From: a virus
IMG/VR virus record: IMGVR_UViG_3300020462_000001
Coordinates: 1 to 64,000 of that record
Length of the DNA: 64,000 bases
Reading direction: 5' to 3' (one strand)
Shown here: positions 37,366 to 45,989 of the stretch, piece after piece
How positions within the stretch are numbered: the first letter of the stretch is position 1
Layout: every line of letters starts with the position of its first letter
Position numbers and translations under genes: made by a program
The notes under the pieces: generated by a model
What the model saw: the letters and a program-made list of their open reading frames with translations, nothing else
Databases searched by the model: none
What the model was told of the DNA's origin: nothing

Positions 37366-37394
37366 AGTATACCGCGGTTTTACCCCAATGTCAA
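37366..37394 (-). promoter_or_regulatory. Early sigma70 promoter TTGACA-17-TATACT for the sigma gene
   Basis: Near-consensus hexamers. Confidence 0.85.
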
Positions 37395-37396
37395 CG

Positions 37397-39370
37397 TCAG
37401 ATGGACAGATCTCTAAGTGACCTCTTCAACCTCTCAATCATAAACCTACCAGTTTCCAATGACTCAGAAAGAATCTTCTTGAATTCTTTATTTTTCAAGA
37501 ATCTGTCAGCAAATCCACCATTCTTTTTGATATGATCAATCAACGTTGACTTTGCTGCACCATCATTCTGTTGATCAAATGCAGCCTGACTACCCATCTC
37601 TCTTGCATCTCTCCAAACTTGAGAAAGTCTTGCTCTACCTGCCTCATCTTGATCCATCAATGTGGATACAAATGCAGAATAAACCTTGTCATCTAACTTT
37701 CCTTGATTACCTCTGCCAGATTTCTTCTTCATATAACCACCAAGATCAAGTTCTTTGATCATCTCATAACCAATTCTATTCTTGACCTTAGGAAGTGACA
37801 CTCCCTTAGTCTTACCAAACTTACCAATATTGCTGTTGATAGTCTTTGCAATCTTTCTATCATTCTCTGAATACAGATCAAACAATTCAGAAGTTGCACT
37901 CTCTGACAACTTACCATTTTCCATGAACAGAGAATTGACAAGTCTGGCCTTATCATTAACAGTATTAGATTCTTCAGTCAGAGCATCTCTCGTTTCATAA
38001 TCCTCATCAGTAAAGTCCTTAAGTTTATCAACTTCGGTCTTATACCACTCATCCATACCCTTATCGAGTTTGGTTTGATTGAGGTTCGATGCTGTCAAGA
38101 TAAAGTTATCAACATTCTCACGTTGATCTTTCATCTCCTGTGTTGGAGCTCCATCATCTTTATTGTTAAATCCTCTCACATGTTCCAGATCTGTAGCATT
38201 CAAGTCAAGATCTGCACCACTATAACCATCCTTACCACCTTGTTGTAAGAATAGTTTTGCAACCATCAAACCACGCAATCTTCCATTTGCAACACCATTT
38301 GTCTTACCAGTCAACTTGCCTCTCAGTTGATTGCCATCTTTATCAATACCTAATGAGTGTCCAGTGTAGCTGTCAGATATCTTACCTGCACCTTGAAAAT
38401 TGCTCCTCAGTTTTTGTGGAAGTGCATCAAAGAATATCTCAGCTTCTTCATCAGTTACTTCAATAGCTCTAGTGGACTCTACAAACTCTTTAATTGTTTC
38501 AGGACTACCATCACCATATCCTTCTTGTAGTCTTTTTCTATTTGATTCTAGAAGTTCATAATCAACTTTACCTAATGCATTTTTACCTGCACCAGAATTA
38601 ATTCTACCAGTATAACCATAAGCTAAGGACAGGGCATTAACAAAGGACTTCTTTTTATCAGGATCTTCAATCTTACCGATAGCTTCTTTAATATCGTTAA
38701 TCCTTTTTTCCTGTTGCTTCGTCACTTCGCCAAGCTTTTCTTTATATTCACTTGTTACTTTTTCTACTTCATCATCTAGATCAAGGTCAGCATCTTCTTT
38801 TTCTTTTTCAGCAACTTTATCCTCAATTGTAGGGAAGTCTTCTGGTTTCTTTTCTGGTGCCTCTTCAGTTGCCTGAGGTTCTTCAGTAGGTTCCTCTTCT
38901 GCAGGAGGCTCTTCTTCAACAGCAGCAGCCGCGGCAGCCTGTTGATTTGCCATAGCAACCAGTGTGTTAGCTGCTCTCTTTACTTCCTTCTGTCTTTCTG
39001 GTGTTACCTTTCTACCACCAGTAAATTCTTTTGCCTTTTTCTCGGCATACTCTTGATCACTTATACCATCAGGAATCTGAGGAAGTGCAGTAGGTGTTGC
39101 CTGTGCACCAGAAGCATCTTGACTAAACTGGTCTAATGACTTTTTCTCAGCTTCTGTTTCTGCTTGTCCTGCAGGGGAGTTTGCCATTCTGTCTGGGAGA
39201 TCATAAGGCTCCAGTCTATCACCTACATTCTTATATCTCTTCTGAGTTTTGGGATCGATATAAACACCACGAGCCTGGTGTGAATAACCAAGCTCTGATG
39301 CCTTTTCGGCTCCTTTACTTTCTTGGAGAGATCTTACATGTTTGAAATACTTAAATACATCTCTCGTCAT
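37397..39370 (-). CDS. Large probable head-internal protein with Cas9-type HNH nuclease domain
   Basis: LFLQQGGKDGYSGADLDLNATDLEHV...NVDNFILTASNLNQTK; N-terminal module shared with 35364-36629. Confidence 0.75.
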   Translation of the reverse strand: MTRDVFKYFKHVRSLQESKGAEKASELGYSHQARGVYIDPKTQKRYKNVGDRLEPYDLPDRMANSPAGQAETEAEKKSLDQFSQDASGAQATPTALPQIPDGISDQEYAEKKAKEFTGGRKVTPERQKEVKRAANTLVAMANQQAAAAAAVEEEPPAEEEPTEEPQATEEAPEKKPEDFPTIEDKVAEKEKEDADLDLDDEVEKVTSEYKEKLGEVTKQQEKRINDIKEAIGKIEDPDKKKSFVNALSLAYGYTGRINSGAGKNALGKVDYELLESNRKRLQEGYGDGSPETIKEFVESTRAIEVTDEEAEIFFDALPQKLRSNFQGAGKISDSYTGHSLGIDKDGNQLRGKLTGKTNGVANGRLRGLMVAKLFLQQGGKDGYSGADLDLNATDLEHVRGFNNKDDGAPTQEMKDQRENVDNFILTASNLNQTKLDKGMDEWYKTEVDKLKDFTDEDYETRDALTEESNTVNDKARLVNSLFMENGKLSESATSELFDLYSENDRKIAKTINSNIGKFGKTKGVSLPKVKNRIGYEMIKELDLGGYMKKKSGRGNQGKLDDKVYSAFVSTLMDQDEAGRARLSQVWRDAREMGSQAAFDQQNDGAAKSTLIDHIKKNGGFADRFLKNKEFKKILSESLETGRFMIERLKRSLRDLSI

Positions 39371-39373
39371 TGA

Positions 39374-40459
39374 TCAACCTTCCCAGGAATTAACAATCTC
39401 TTCGATACGAGCCAGTTCAGCTTCAGAGAATTCTACACCCTCTTTCTTCATCTTCTTGCCAAATCTCATGGCTTGTTGACGTTGATACTGCTTTTCAATC
39501 TTTTTCTCGTCACGTCCATACTTCTTGGACTTGCCTTGTTCGATTGATTCTTTGTCAGCAGCACGGCCGATCTGTCTATCGATCTTGGTTTGCTTTTCTT
39601 TATTGATAGGAATGAAACCTTCAGTCTCAATTTCCTCTTTCTTCATGTTCTTGGCAATGGCCTTACGTCTCTTGGCGAGAAACTCATCAGAAGAATCCTT
39701 ATCACCATCATTATCGATGTCTCCATCTTCCTTACCTACGGGATCAAGTTTCTTCTCATAGATGGCTGCGTATGCATCACCCCAACCCTGTCTCAGAGAA
39801 GAATCACCTTCCTCCATAGAACCACGAGTTCTCTCAGCCTTATCATGATCGAAGTTCTTATCCTTCATAGGATCATAAGTCTTTGACTTACCACCAGCAT
39901 ACTTCTTCTTCATTCTATCAGCGTAAGCCTGAGGTGCTTCACCAGGCTTTCTAGCTTCAATGAGATCAGAGATCATCTCAATCAAACCACGTTTGATATT
40001 CTCTCTATCTTCATGAATCAAAGCTGCGTGAAGTTTCTGATTACCAACTTCATGAGAAACTCTGTTGTTCCACTTCTCAGTCAGAGGCTTATTCTGACGA
40101 TACTTAAGGAACTCTTCCTCACAGTTTCTTTCAGCCTTATCGGTTACGGTACCAATTACAGTTTCAAATGCTTCTACAATCTGAGTGATCTTACTATCTC
40201 TCAACGAAGAAGAGACACCTTTAGATTCTTCTAAAACAGATTTAACAACACTACAAGCCTCTTCAAGATCAAGACCATACTGGAAAAGACCTTCTACAAT
40301 TTCTTCACAAACTTCAACCAAATCAGACTCAAGCATTTGGCCCAAGTTCATCCCACTGATTTGATCTCTGGCTTGTGTAAGTTCTTCGCTAATAGTATCA
40401 TCATGTACAGCAGAGTATGCCTTATACAGATCTCTCATATCTTGCATGGTTTCGGCCAA
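39374..40459 (-). CDS. Probable head-internal polyprotein with DxDxDG loop
   Basis: KKLDPVGKEDGDIDNDGDKDSSDEFL; repeated x-x-E|G/A/K sites; TATAAATA at 40478-40485. Confidence 0.72.
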   Translation of the reverse strand: MAETMQDMRDLYKAYSAVHDDTISEELTQARDQISGMNLGQMLESDLVEVCEEIVEGLFQYGLDLEEACSVVKSVLEESKGVSSSLRDSKITQIVEAFETVIGTVTDKAERNCEEEFLKYRQNKPLTEKWNNRVSHEVGNQKLHAALIHEDRENIKRGLIEMISDLIEARKPGEAPQAYADRMKKKYAGGKSKTYDPMKDKNFDHDKAERTRGSMEEGDSSLRQGWGDAYAAIYEKKLDPVGKEDGDIDNDGDKDSSDEFLAKRRKAIAKNMKKEEIETEGFIPINKEKQTKIDRQIGRAADKESIEQGKSKKYGRDEKKIEKQYQRQQAMRFGKKMKKEGVEFSEAELARIEEIVNSWEG

Positions 40460-40472
40460 ATAAAATCTATTA

Positions 40473-40679
40473 TTAGTTATTTATATCTTCTAGGATTTCC
40501 TTTTCATTTTGATAAGGAACTTCCTTTCCACTATAAATGTCCCATCCTTTTTTAAGTTCTGGAACTAACCATACATCCCATTCTTTCATGCACTGCTGTC
40601 TGTTGAAATCATTACTATTACACATACCCAACACTAAGATGAACATATTAATTATTTTAAGGATAATCGATATGTCCAT
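40473..40679 (-). CDS. Hypothetical protein
   Basis: Hydrophobic N-terminus, C...C..W..WL.PE..PY..E. Confidence 0.7.
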   Translation of the reverse strand: MDISIILKIINMFILVLGMCNSNDFNRQQCMKEWDVWLVPELKKGWDIYSGKEVPYQNEKEILEDINN

Positions 40680-40836
40680 CTTGATTCCAAACTAACTGAT
40701 GTGCCATTTGATCTCTCAACTGATTGATTCTTACCTCATCATATTTTTGAAAGTTTCCTCTCTTCTCTACTTTCTTATAGTAATGAAGAGCATTAGTGAT
40801 GATAGTGTAATCATCCATTGAAAGATCAAATTTCAT
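40657..40836 (-). CDS. Hypothetical protein (59 aa)
   Basis: MKFDLSMDDYTIITNALHYYKKVEKRGNFQKYDEVRINQLRDQMAHQLV...; ATGA overlap. Confidence 0.7.
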   Translation of the reverse strand: MKFDLSMDDYTIITNALHYYKKVEKRGNFQKYDEVRINQLRDQMAHQLVWNQDGHIDYP

Positions 40837-41090
40837 AAATCAACTCCAACACTCGAAGTACCAACAACTCTTGTGACACTATCTAGGGTACCTTCTCTAA
40901 CATGTTTCAGATGAAATCTCATCATTTCAATCACATTATCTCTATGCATCCCTGTGATTCCATGTTGGATATCATAACCTTCGATTGTATATGATGACCA
41001 CAATCCATATCTGGTTTCCCAAACATGAAATGTCTCATCAATTAGTGATTCATTCTTCCGTTGATTCTTCATTCTTTTTATTGAATCCAA
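40833..41090 (-). CDS. Hypothetical protein
   Basis: IDETFHVWETRYGLWSS...VGVDL. Confidence 0.7.
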   Translation of the reverse strand: MDSIKRMKNQRKNESLIDETFHVWETRYGLWSSYTIEGYDIQHGITGMHRDNVIEMMRFHLKHVREGTLDSVTRVVGTSSVGVDL

Positions 41091-41268
41091 AGGGGCCTTC
41101 TTTTTCTTCTTCTTTCTTGAACTGCATCGCTACAGCTCCAAGTGATTCCATAACCTTGAGAATATCTTCTGTTTTGGCACCTTCACCAAGTTCTTTGGCA
41201 ACATACCAATACTTACTCCAGAAGTGTTCTCCAGCCTTCTGGTAGTCTTCAAGTGTTAATACTTTCAT
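41050..41268 (-). CDS. Conserved cyanophage hypothetical protein
   Basis: YQKAGEHFWSKYWYVAKELGE...PFGF. Confidence 0.8.
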   Translation of the reverse strand: MKVLTLEDYQKAGEHFWSKYWYVAKELGEGAKTEDILKVMESLGAVAMQFKKEEEKEGPFGFNKKNEESTEE

Positions 41269-41669
41269 AGGTCTCCTTCTTTACGATTTTCAGACTGGTG
41301 AACATCAAACTCTCCACCAGGATAACGAGACTTCAGTTTATCCACATTCATCTCAATGATTTCATCAAGTGATACATTCAATCCCATACAGGCTTGTGCA
41401 ACATACCACATAACATCACCCAACTCACGCTTCAGGTGGAACAGATTCTCTTCTGTCACAGGCTTACCTTGGAATACAATCTTCTTCACAACCTCAGTAA
41501 ACTCACCTGCCTCTGCTGACATTCCTACAGCAGCAGTCAGAAGTCGATGTGTTTCAAATCCTTCACCCCTCAGTTCTTGAATACGATACTCAAAAGCATC
41601 TTCATCTTTACTAGGTTGAGATGTAACGGCATTTACAAACTCAAGATATGCATCAGTATTTACAGTCAT
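41265..41669 (-). CDS. mazG: MazG nucleotide pyrophosphohydrolase
   Basis: GMSAEAGEFTEVVKK, ELGDVMWY, NVDKLKSRY. Confidence 0.95.
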   Translation of the reverse strand: MTVNTDAYLEFVNAVTSQPSKDEDAFEYRIQELRGEGFETHRLLTAAVGMSAEAGEFTEVVKKIVFQGKPVTEENLFHLKRELGDVMWYVAQACMGLNVSLDEIIEMNVDKLKSRYPGGEFDVHQSENRKEGDL

Positions 41670-43042
41670 TAGAATTTAAATCCCTCAAATGATTTCTTAG
41701 GTTTATCATCGTTATTATACTCTTCGTCTTGTTTGTTGTCAAGAAGATCATCCTGTGCAGACTGTTCACAATCATACAGTCTCATCTTTGCTCTGTCAAT
41801 ACCAACAACAAACCTCTTACAAAGGTTTGCGTCATTGTATCGATTCTTCAATTGCTTCACCAATATCTGTCCCAACTCTTCAAGCTCATCTGTTGAAATA
41901 AGGGCAAACATAAGATCAGCAGTAGCAGGGAGACCAAAGGACTCAGAAGTATCAGTAAGCTCAACATCAGAGCTACCATAACCAGAACGAGTGGTCTGGG
42001 TGGCAGATACGACAGGTACGTTCGCTTCGACAGCGAGGCCTCGAAGTTCTTCAGCAATAGACTTGACAATTGTATATGAATTGACACTACCTCCACCGCG
42101 ATACCGCGAGGAAGCACATATATTAAGGTAATCAATGAAAATAATATCAGGTCTAAATGACTTCTTAAGTGCAAGCTCATTAAGAAGTGCCGAAAAATGT
42201 CCACTATGTGCACTCGCAGTTGGGTATTCTTTAATGATAAGTGTGCCTTGAGTCTTCTGTGATAGATTGTTTACCTTTGTTTCAAAGGTTTGTTTAGGAA
42301 GTTCACCTATGTCCTGAATATTTACATTCAATAGATTGGCATCAATCCTTTCTGCAATCTTCTCTTCTGCCATCTCCAAAGTAATATACAATACATTCTT
42401 ACCAGAAAGAAGAACAGAAGAAGCCATATGACACATAAACAAAGACTTGCCGACACCAGTCCCAGCAAGGGCAATGTTAAGTGTTTTATTAGGTAACCCA
42501 CCTTTTGTGATCTTATTGAAGTATTCCAGATCGAAAGGAATTCTATTCTCTTTCCTATGATAAGATTCGAATCTTTCTTCATAGTCTAAAAGGTAATCGT
42601 GTCCAACATGATTATCAAAACTAACTGCAAGTGCATCAGAAAGAATGGCTGGAATAGCATCAGGGTTCTTGTCCTTACTCTGTCCATCAGCAATACCAAT
42701 AGATTCAACCAAAGCCAGATAGATTGCTCTATCTCTACACCACTTCTCGGTAGTATTACATAACCACTCAAACTCAGCAGGTTCATCGTTTAAGTGACTG
42801 ATAAGATGTGTAATTGATTTGAATTGTTGTTCATTGATATCCTTTCGTTTACCAACTTCAATACTCAGAACTTCTTTTGTGGGTACATTGTTGTACTCAT
42901 TAACAAAGTTTGAGATCTCATCGAATACAACCTTCTGGTCATTGTCTTCGAAGAAATCTTCTTGCAAAAAGGGGATAACCTTTCTAAGGTACTCTTCATT
43001 GTGAAGTAGATTACGAAGGATAAGAAACTCAATTTCATTCAT
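41669..43042 (-). CDS. g41: Replicative DNA helicase gp41
   Basis: AGTGVGKS, TLEMAEE, IDYLNIC, SATQTTR, QLKNRY. Confidence 0.97.
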   Translation of the reverse strand: MNEIEFLILRNLLHNEEYLRKVIPFLQEDFFEDNDQKVVFDEISNFVNEYNNVPTKEVLSIEVGKRKDINEQQFKSITHLISHLNDEPAEFEWLCNTTEKWCRDRAIYLALVESIGIADGQSKDKNPDAIPAILSDALAVSFDNHVGHDYLLDYEERFESYHRKENRIPFDLEYFNKITKGGLPNKTLNIALAGTGVGKSLFMCHMASSVLLSGKNVLYITLEMAEEKIAERIDANLLNVNIQDIGELPKQTFETKVNNLSQKTQGTLIIKEYPTASAHSGHFSALLNELALKKSFRPDIIFIDYLNICASSRYRGGGSVNSYTIVKSIAEELRGLAVEANVPVVSATQTTRSGYGSSDVELTDTSESFGLPATADLMFALISTDELEELGQILVKQLKNRYNDANLCKRFVVGIDRAKMRLYDCEQSAQDDLLDNKQDEEYNNDDKPKKSFEGFKF

Positions 43043-43550
43043 AATGGACGTATGTACTCATAATATACTTCGTTTTGCTAGGTGCCAATCCAGCGTGAGG
43101 GTACTCCCACGTGGGAGGGAACACTAATACTTTACCACATCTAGGCCGAATATACAACCCACTTTGAGTGAAGTGTGTATCTCCGTCATTATTATTCAAG
43201 TAGAAGAGAAAGGCCAAAGCTCTTCTAGCAGTATCATATGATGCAACATCTACATGTTCATCAAACCTTTGTTCTCCACCTGGTTCATATCTTTTAATAC
43301 GAAATTCTTCCAGAGACCTAAGCCTTGGAAGAAACTTATTATTGACATCAGAAGCATACATTCCGTATGCTTTCTGAGTATATTTTATCAACAATTCTAT
43401 TACTTCTGGTTGATGTTGATTTAAGTTGAGTTGAGTGAAGCATGGTGTGTAATCATTGTTGATATACTCATGTCCACTCTCTGTATTCTCAAATACATCT
43501 ATCAGTGTTTCACAGAAATCCTTTGGGATAACATCATACACTTGAACCAT
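43035..43550 (-). CDS. 2OG-Fe(II) oxygenase
   Basis: RFDEHVD, LFYLN, VFPPTWEYPHAG, KYIMSTY. Confidence 0.9.
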   Translation of the reverse strand: MVQVYDVIPKDFCETLIDVFENTESGHEYINNDYTPCFTQLNLNQHQPEVIELLIKYTQKAYGMYASDVNNKFLPRLRSLEEFRIKRYEPGGEQRFDEHVDVASYDTARRALAFLFYLNNNDGDTHFTQSGLYIRPRCGKVLVFPPTWEYPHAGLAPSKTKYIMSTYVHYE

Positions 43551-44544
43551 ATGAGAATTGTTCTTTTGCAATTTCATCTAACTTTTCTAATACTTCTTGA
43601 GTAAAATACGTTTCTGGATCTTTCAGAATAGCTTTAGCATAAACCTTCTTACCATCAAACTCATAACGACCGGCAACGTTCTTCCATAGTCCACCAAGTT
43701 CTCCTAACTCTAGGAGACCATAATACTTATCAAGGCCCCTTTCATCATAATAAAGACGAACCGTTACATCTTTGTTCTCTTTACTAAGTCTTGACTTTGC
43801 TGTTTTAACTTTGATAAGGTTTCCGACAACTTCTGTTCCATCCTTTTCCTTTTTCTTGCTGAGATAAAGGATCGTAGAAGCGGCATACTTGAGGCCACTG
43901 CCTCCTCCCATTTCCTTAGTAGGGACATAAGATCCGATGACATCGTAGGTGTGATTAGTAACAATCATTGGAATTTTAGCCTGTCCCAACTTCAGGGTTA
44001 ACATCCTAAATGCACCTTTAACCAACTGAGATTTGGTCATGTCACGAACTTGTTTGTCGTTAAGTGCGTCAGAAATCTCTTTCTCTGTGGATAACATACC
44101 CAAAGAGTCTAAAACAAACATACAGGGTTTGCGATCACTTTCAGGTGTCTTTAGATATATATCGACAGCCTGTAATGCCTTCTGTCGAAACTGCTCAATG
44201 GTTACAACATTAATAACAACTAATCTACTCAGGTCAATTCCACGACTCTCAAGAAGAGATTTGTTAACTGCGGCTTCAGTGTCAAAGTACAGACAGTAAC
44301 CACCAGGATTACTATCCAGAAAATTCTTAACCACAGCGAGACTAAAGAAAGTCTTGCCAGTAGAAGACTCACCAGCAATGGCAGTAATCTTATTCCCAGA
44401 ACAACCACCAAATATACTACCTGACAGAAGTCCGTTAAGGATGAACGAACCTGAGTCCACGTAAGTTTCTGTTTCGTCGATATCTGATGCGAGTTGTGTG
44501 TATTCATCACCAATCTCTTTTACAATCTCTTTTAAAAAATCCAT
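43534..44544 (-). CDS. uvsX: RecA-like recombinase
   Basis: AGESSTGKT, FDTE, LDSLG, TNHTY, GGSGLKYAAS. Confidence 0.96.
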   Translation of the reverse strand: MDFLKEIVKEIGDEYTQLASDIDETETYVDSGSFILNGLLSGSIFGGCSGNKITAIAGESSTGKTFFSLAVVKNFLDSNPGGYCLYFDTEAAVNKSLLESRGIDLSRLVVINVVTIEQFRQKALQAVDIYLKTPESDRKPCMFVLDSLGMLSTEKEISDALNDKQVRDMTKSQLVKGAFRMLTLKLGQAKIPMIVTNHTYDVIGSYVPTKEMGGGSGLKYAASTILYLSKKKEKDGTEVVGNLIKVKTAKSRLSKENKDVTVRLYYDERGLDKYYGLLELGELGGLWKNVAGRYEFDGKKVYAKAILKDPETYFTQEVLEKLDEIAKEQFSYGSSV

Positions 44545-44545
44545 A

Positions 44546-44683
44546 CTAATCAGTTATTTTTAATTTTTCCCAATAGGGAGTTTGACCTTTTGATGCTTTC
44601 ATCATAGCAATATAAGTCATTACCTCTTCTATAGAAGAAAGTATTATGGGGGGTTTAATTGGTGAGTGCCAGAGTTTGTACAT
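44546..44683 (-). CDS. Small hypothetical protein (45 aa)
   Basis: MYKLWHSPIKPPIILSSIEEVMTYIAMMKASKGQTPYWEKLKITD*; TAATG overlap. Confidence 0.6.
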   Translation of the reverse strand: MYKLWHSPIKPPIILSSIEEVMTYIAMMKASKGQTPYWEKLKITD

Positions 44684-45843
44684 TATCCGAAGAATAGTTC
44701 TAAATTTGCAACCTTTTCAACATTCCACCCAATAGAATCCAATACGACTTTTAAAGGTTCAAGGAAAGCCTTGTTAAATTGTAACTCATAATCAATATAC
44801 TTGTGAAGACCAGTCTCATATGGAAAATCTGAAATAAAACTAATCACATTCTCACGAATAGGATTAGCCTTCTTCAAATACACAAACTTGATCTTATCTC
44901 CATTCTGGATGGTAGTATACTTATTATCCAGTCCTTTCTCTTTCATATAATAATTATAAAGCAAAGCTCCTCTCACATGGATTGGACACCCTTTGCCATA
45001 TATTGTTGAATGGTTCTTATGTTTATTTACATCAGAAATAGAACGGGGAAATGAGAGCTCTTCTGGAGAAAGGTTATTGAATTTAGTTCTAGCATTATCA
45101 ATAAACCTAATCATCTCATCTTCTGTTCCCTTCATCATCAACTTAAGGGCATCCTTAATCATAGTTCTACAAGGTGCAGGTGTTGATGACTTAACAGCTT
45201 CAATACCCATGATCTTGAGTTTGGGTTCCTCATAACGAACACCCTCACTATCCCACACATTGAGGATGTATCTCTTCTTTGCTGTCCAGATTCCACGGTC
45301 AGCGATATTCTCTCGCTTCATCTGCATCTTCTGATCATATGCGTTTACATAATCAGCCAGTTCCACATAACACTTATCGATGAAGGGTTCTAGTTGATCC
45401 TGACACACTTTATCAAGTAGATTTACAACCTTCTCTTTATCATCCTTCTGTTTAGATAAAAACTTATCTACCAAAGGTCCGAGGTTTAGATATACAGAAT
45501 CAGTATCAACAGCAATCACATAATCTTTATCTGTTTTGAGGAGATCATTCAGATACTTATTGAGTTTATTCTCAATCCATCGAATAGAGGTTTGACCAGA
45601 TAGTGTAATAGCTTCTGCATTTGCCAACTTATAGTATCGAAACCATTGATTACCAATGGCACCATAAGCTGAGTTCAAACAAATCTTTCTCACCATCTGG
45701 AAGTTGTTAAACTTGGCAATATCTTTTACAGTTTGGTCTCTAAGTTTTAAGAGTTGACTATCACTGAGTTTAGAATAGTCTTTATCAGATTGTATAATCT
45801 CCTCTTCTGGTCCCTCTCCAGCACCACCAATCAGATAACCCAT
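44683..45843 (-). CDS. g43: DNA polymerase gp43, C-terminal subunit (fingers, palm, thumb)
   Basis: RKICLNSAYG (motif B), DTDS (motif C), KKRY, clamp peptide LELFFG. Confidence 0.95.
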   Translation of the reverse strand: MGYLIGGAGEGPEEEIIQSDKDYSKLSDSQLLKLRDQTVKDIAKFNNFQMVRKICLNSAYGAIGNQWFRYYKLANAEAITLSGQTSIRWIENKLNKYLNDLLKTDKDYVIAVDTDSVYLNLGPLVDKFLSKQKDDKEKVVNLLDKVCQDQLEPFIDKCYVELADYVNAYDQKMQMKRENIADRGIWTAKKRYILNVWDSEGVRYEEPKLKIMGIEAVKSSTPAPCRTMIKDALKLMMKGTEDEMIRFIDNARTKFNNLSPEELSFPRSISDVNKHKNHSTIYGKGCPIHVRGALLYNYYMKEKGLDNKYTTIQNGDKIKFVYLKKANPIRENVISFISDFPYETGLHKYIDYELQFNKAFLEPLKVVLDSIGWNVEKVANLELFFG

Positions 45844-45989
45844 TACTTACAAACCTCTTTTGAGTAGTTTACACCAATTCTATTTCCATAGTAGATAAAA
45901 CAGTCAGTGTCCACACTGTCCTCCACCTTACTTGAACACCCAGCCATTAAAAGAATAACCAATACTATGTAACCTTTCCAATAACCCAT
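45843..45989 (-). CDS. Small lipoprotein (48 aa)
   Basis: MGYWKGYIVLVILLMAGCSSKVEDSVDTDCFIYYGNRIGVNYSKEVCK*; lipobox MAGC. Confidence 0.6.
   Translation of the reverse strand: MGYWKGYIVLVILLMAGCSSKVEDSVDTDCFIYYGNRIGVNYSKEVCK

Noticed and set aside
37397-39370. Cas9/IscB or CRISPR system
   Set aside because: Only the HNH domain matches; no RuvC motifs, repeat-spacer array or room for a guide RNA nearby
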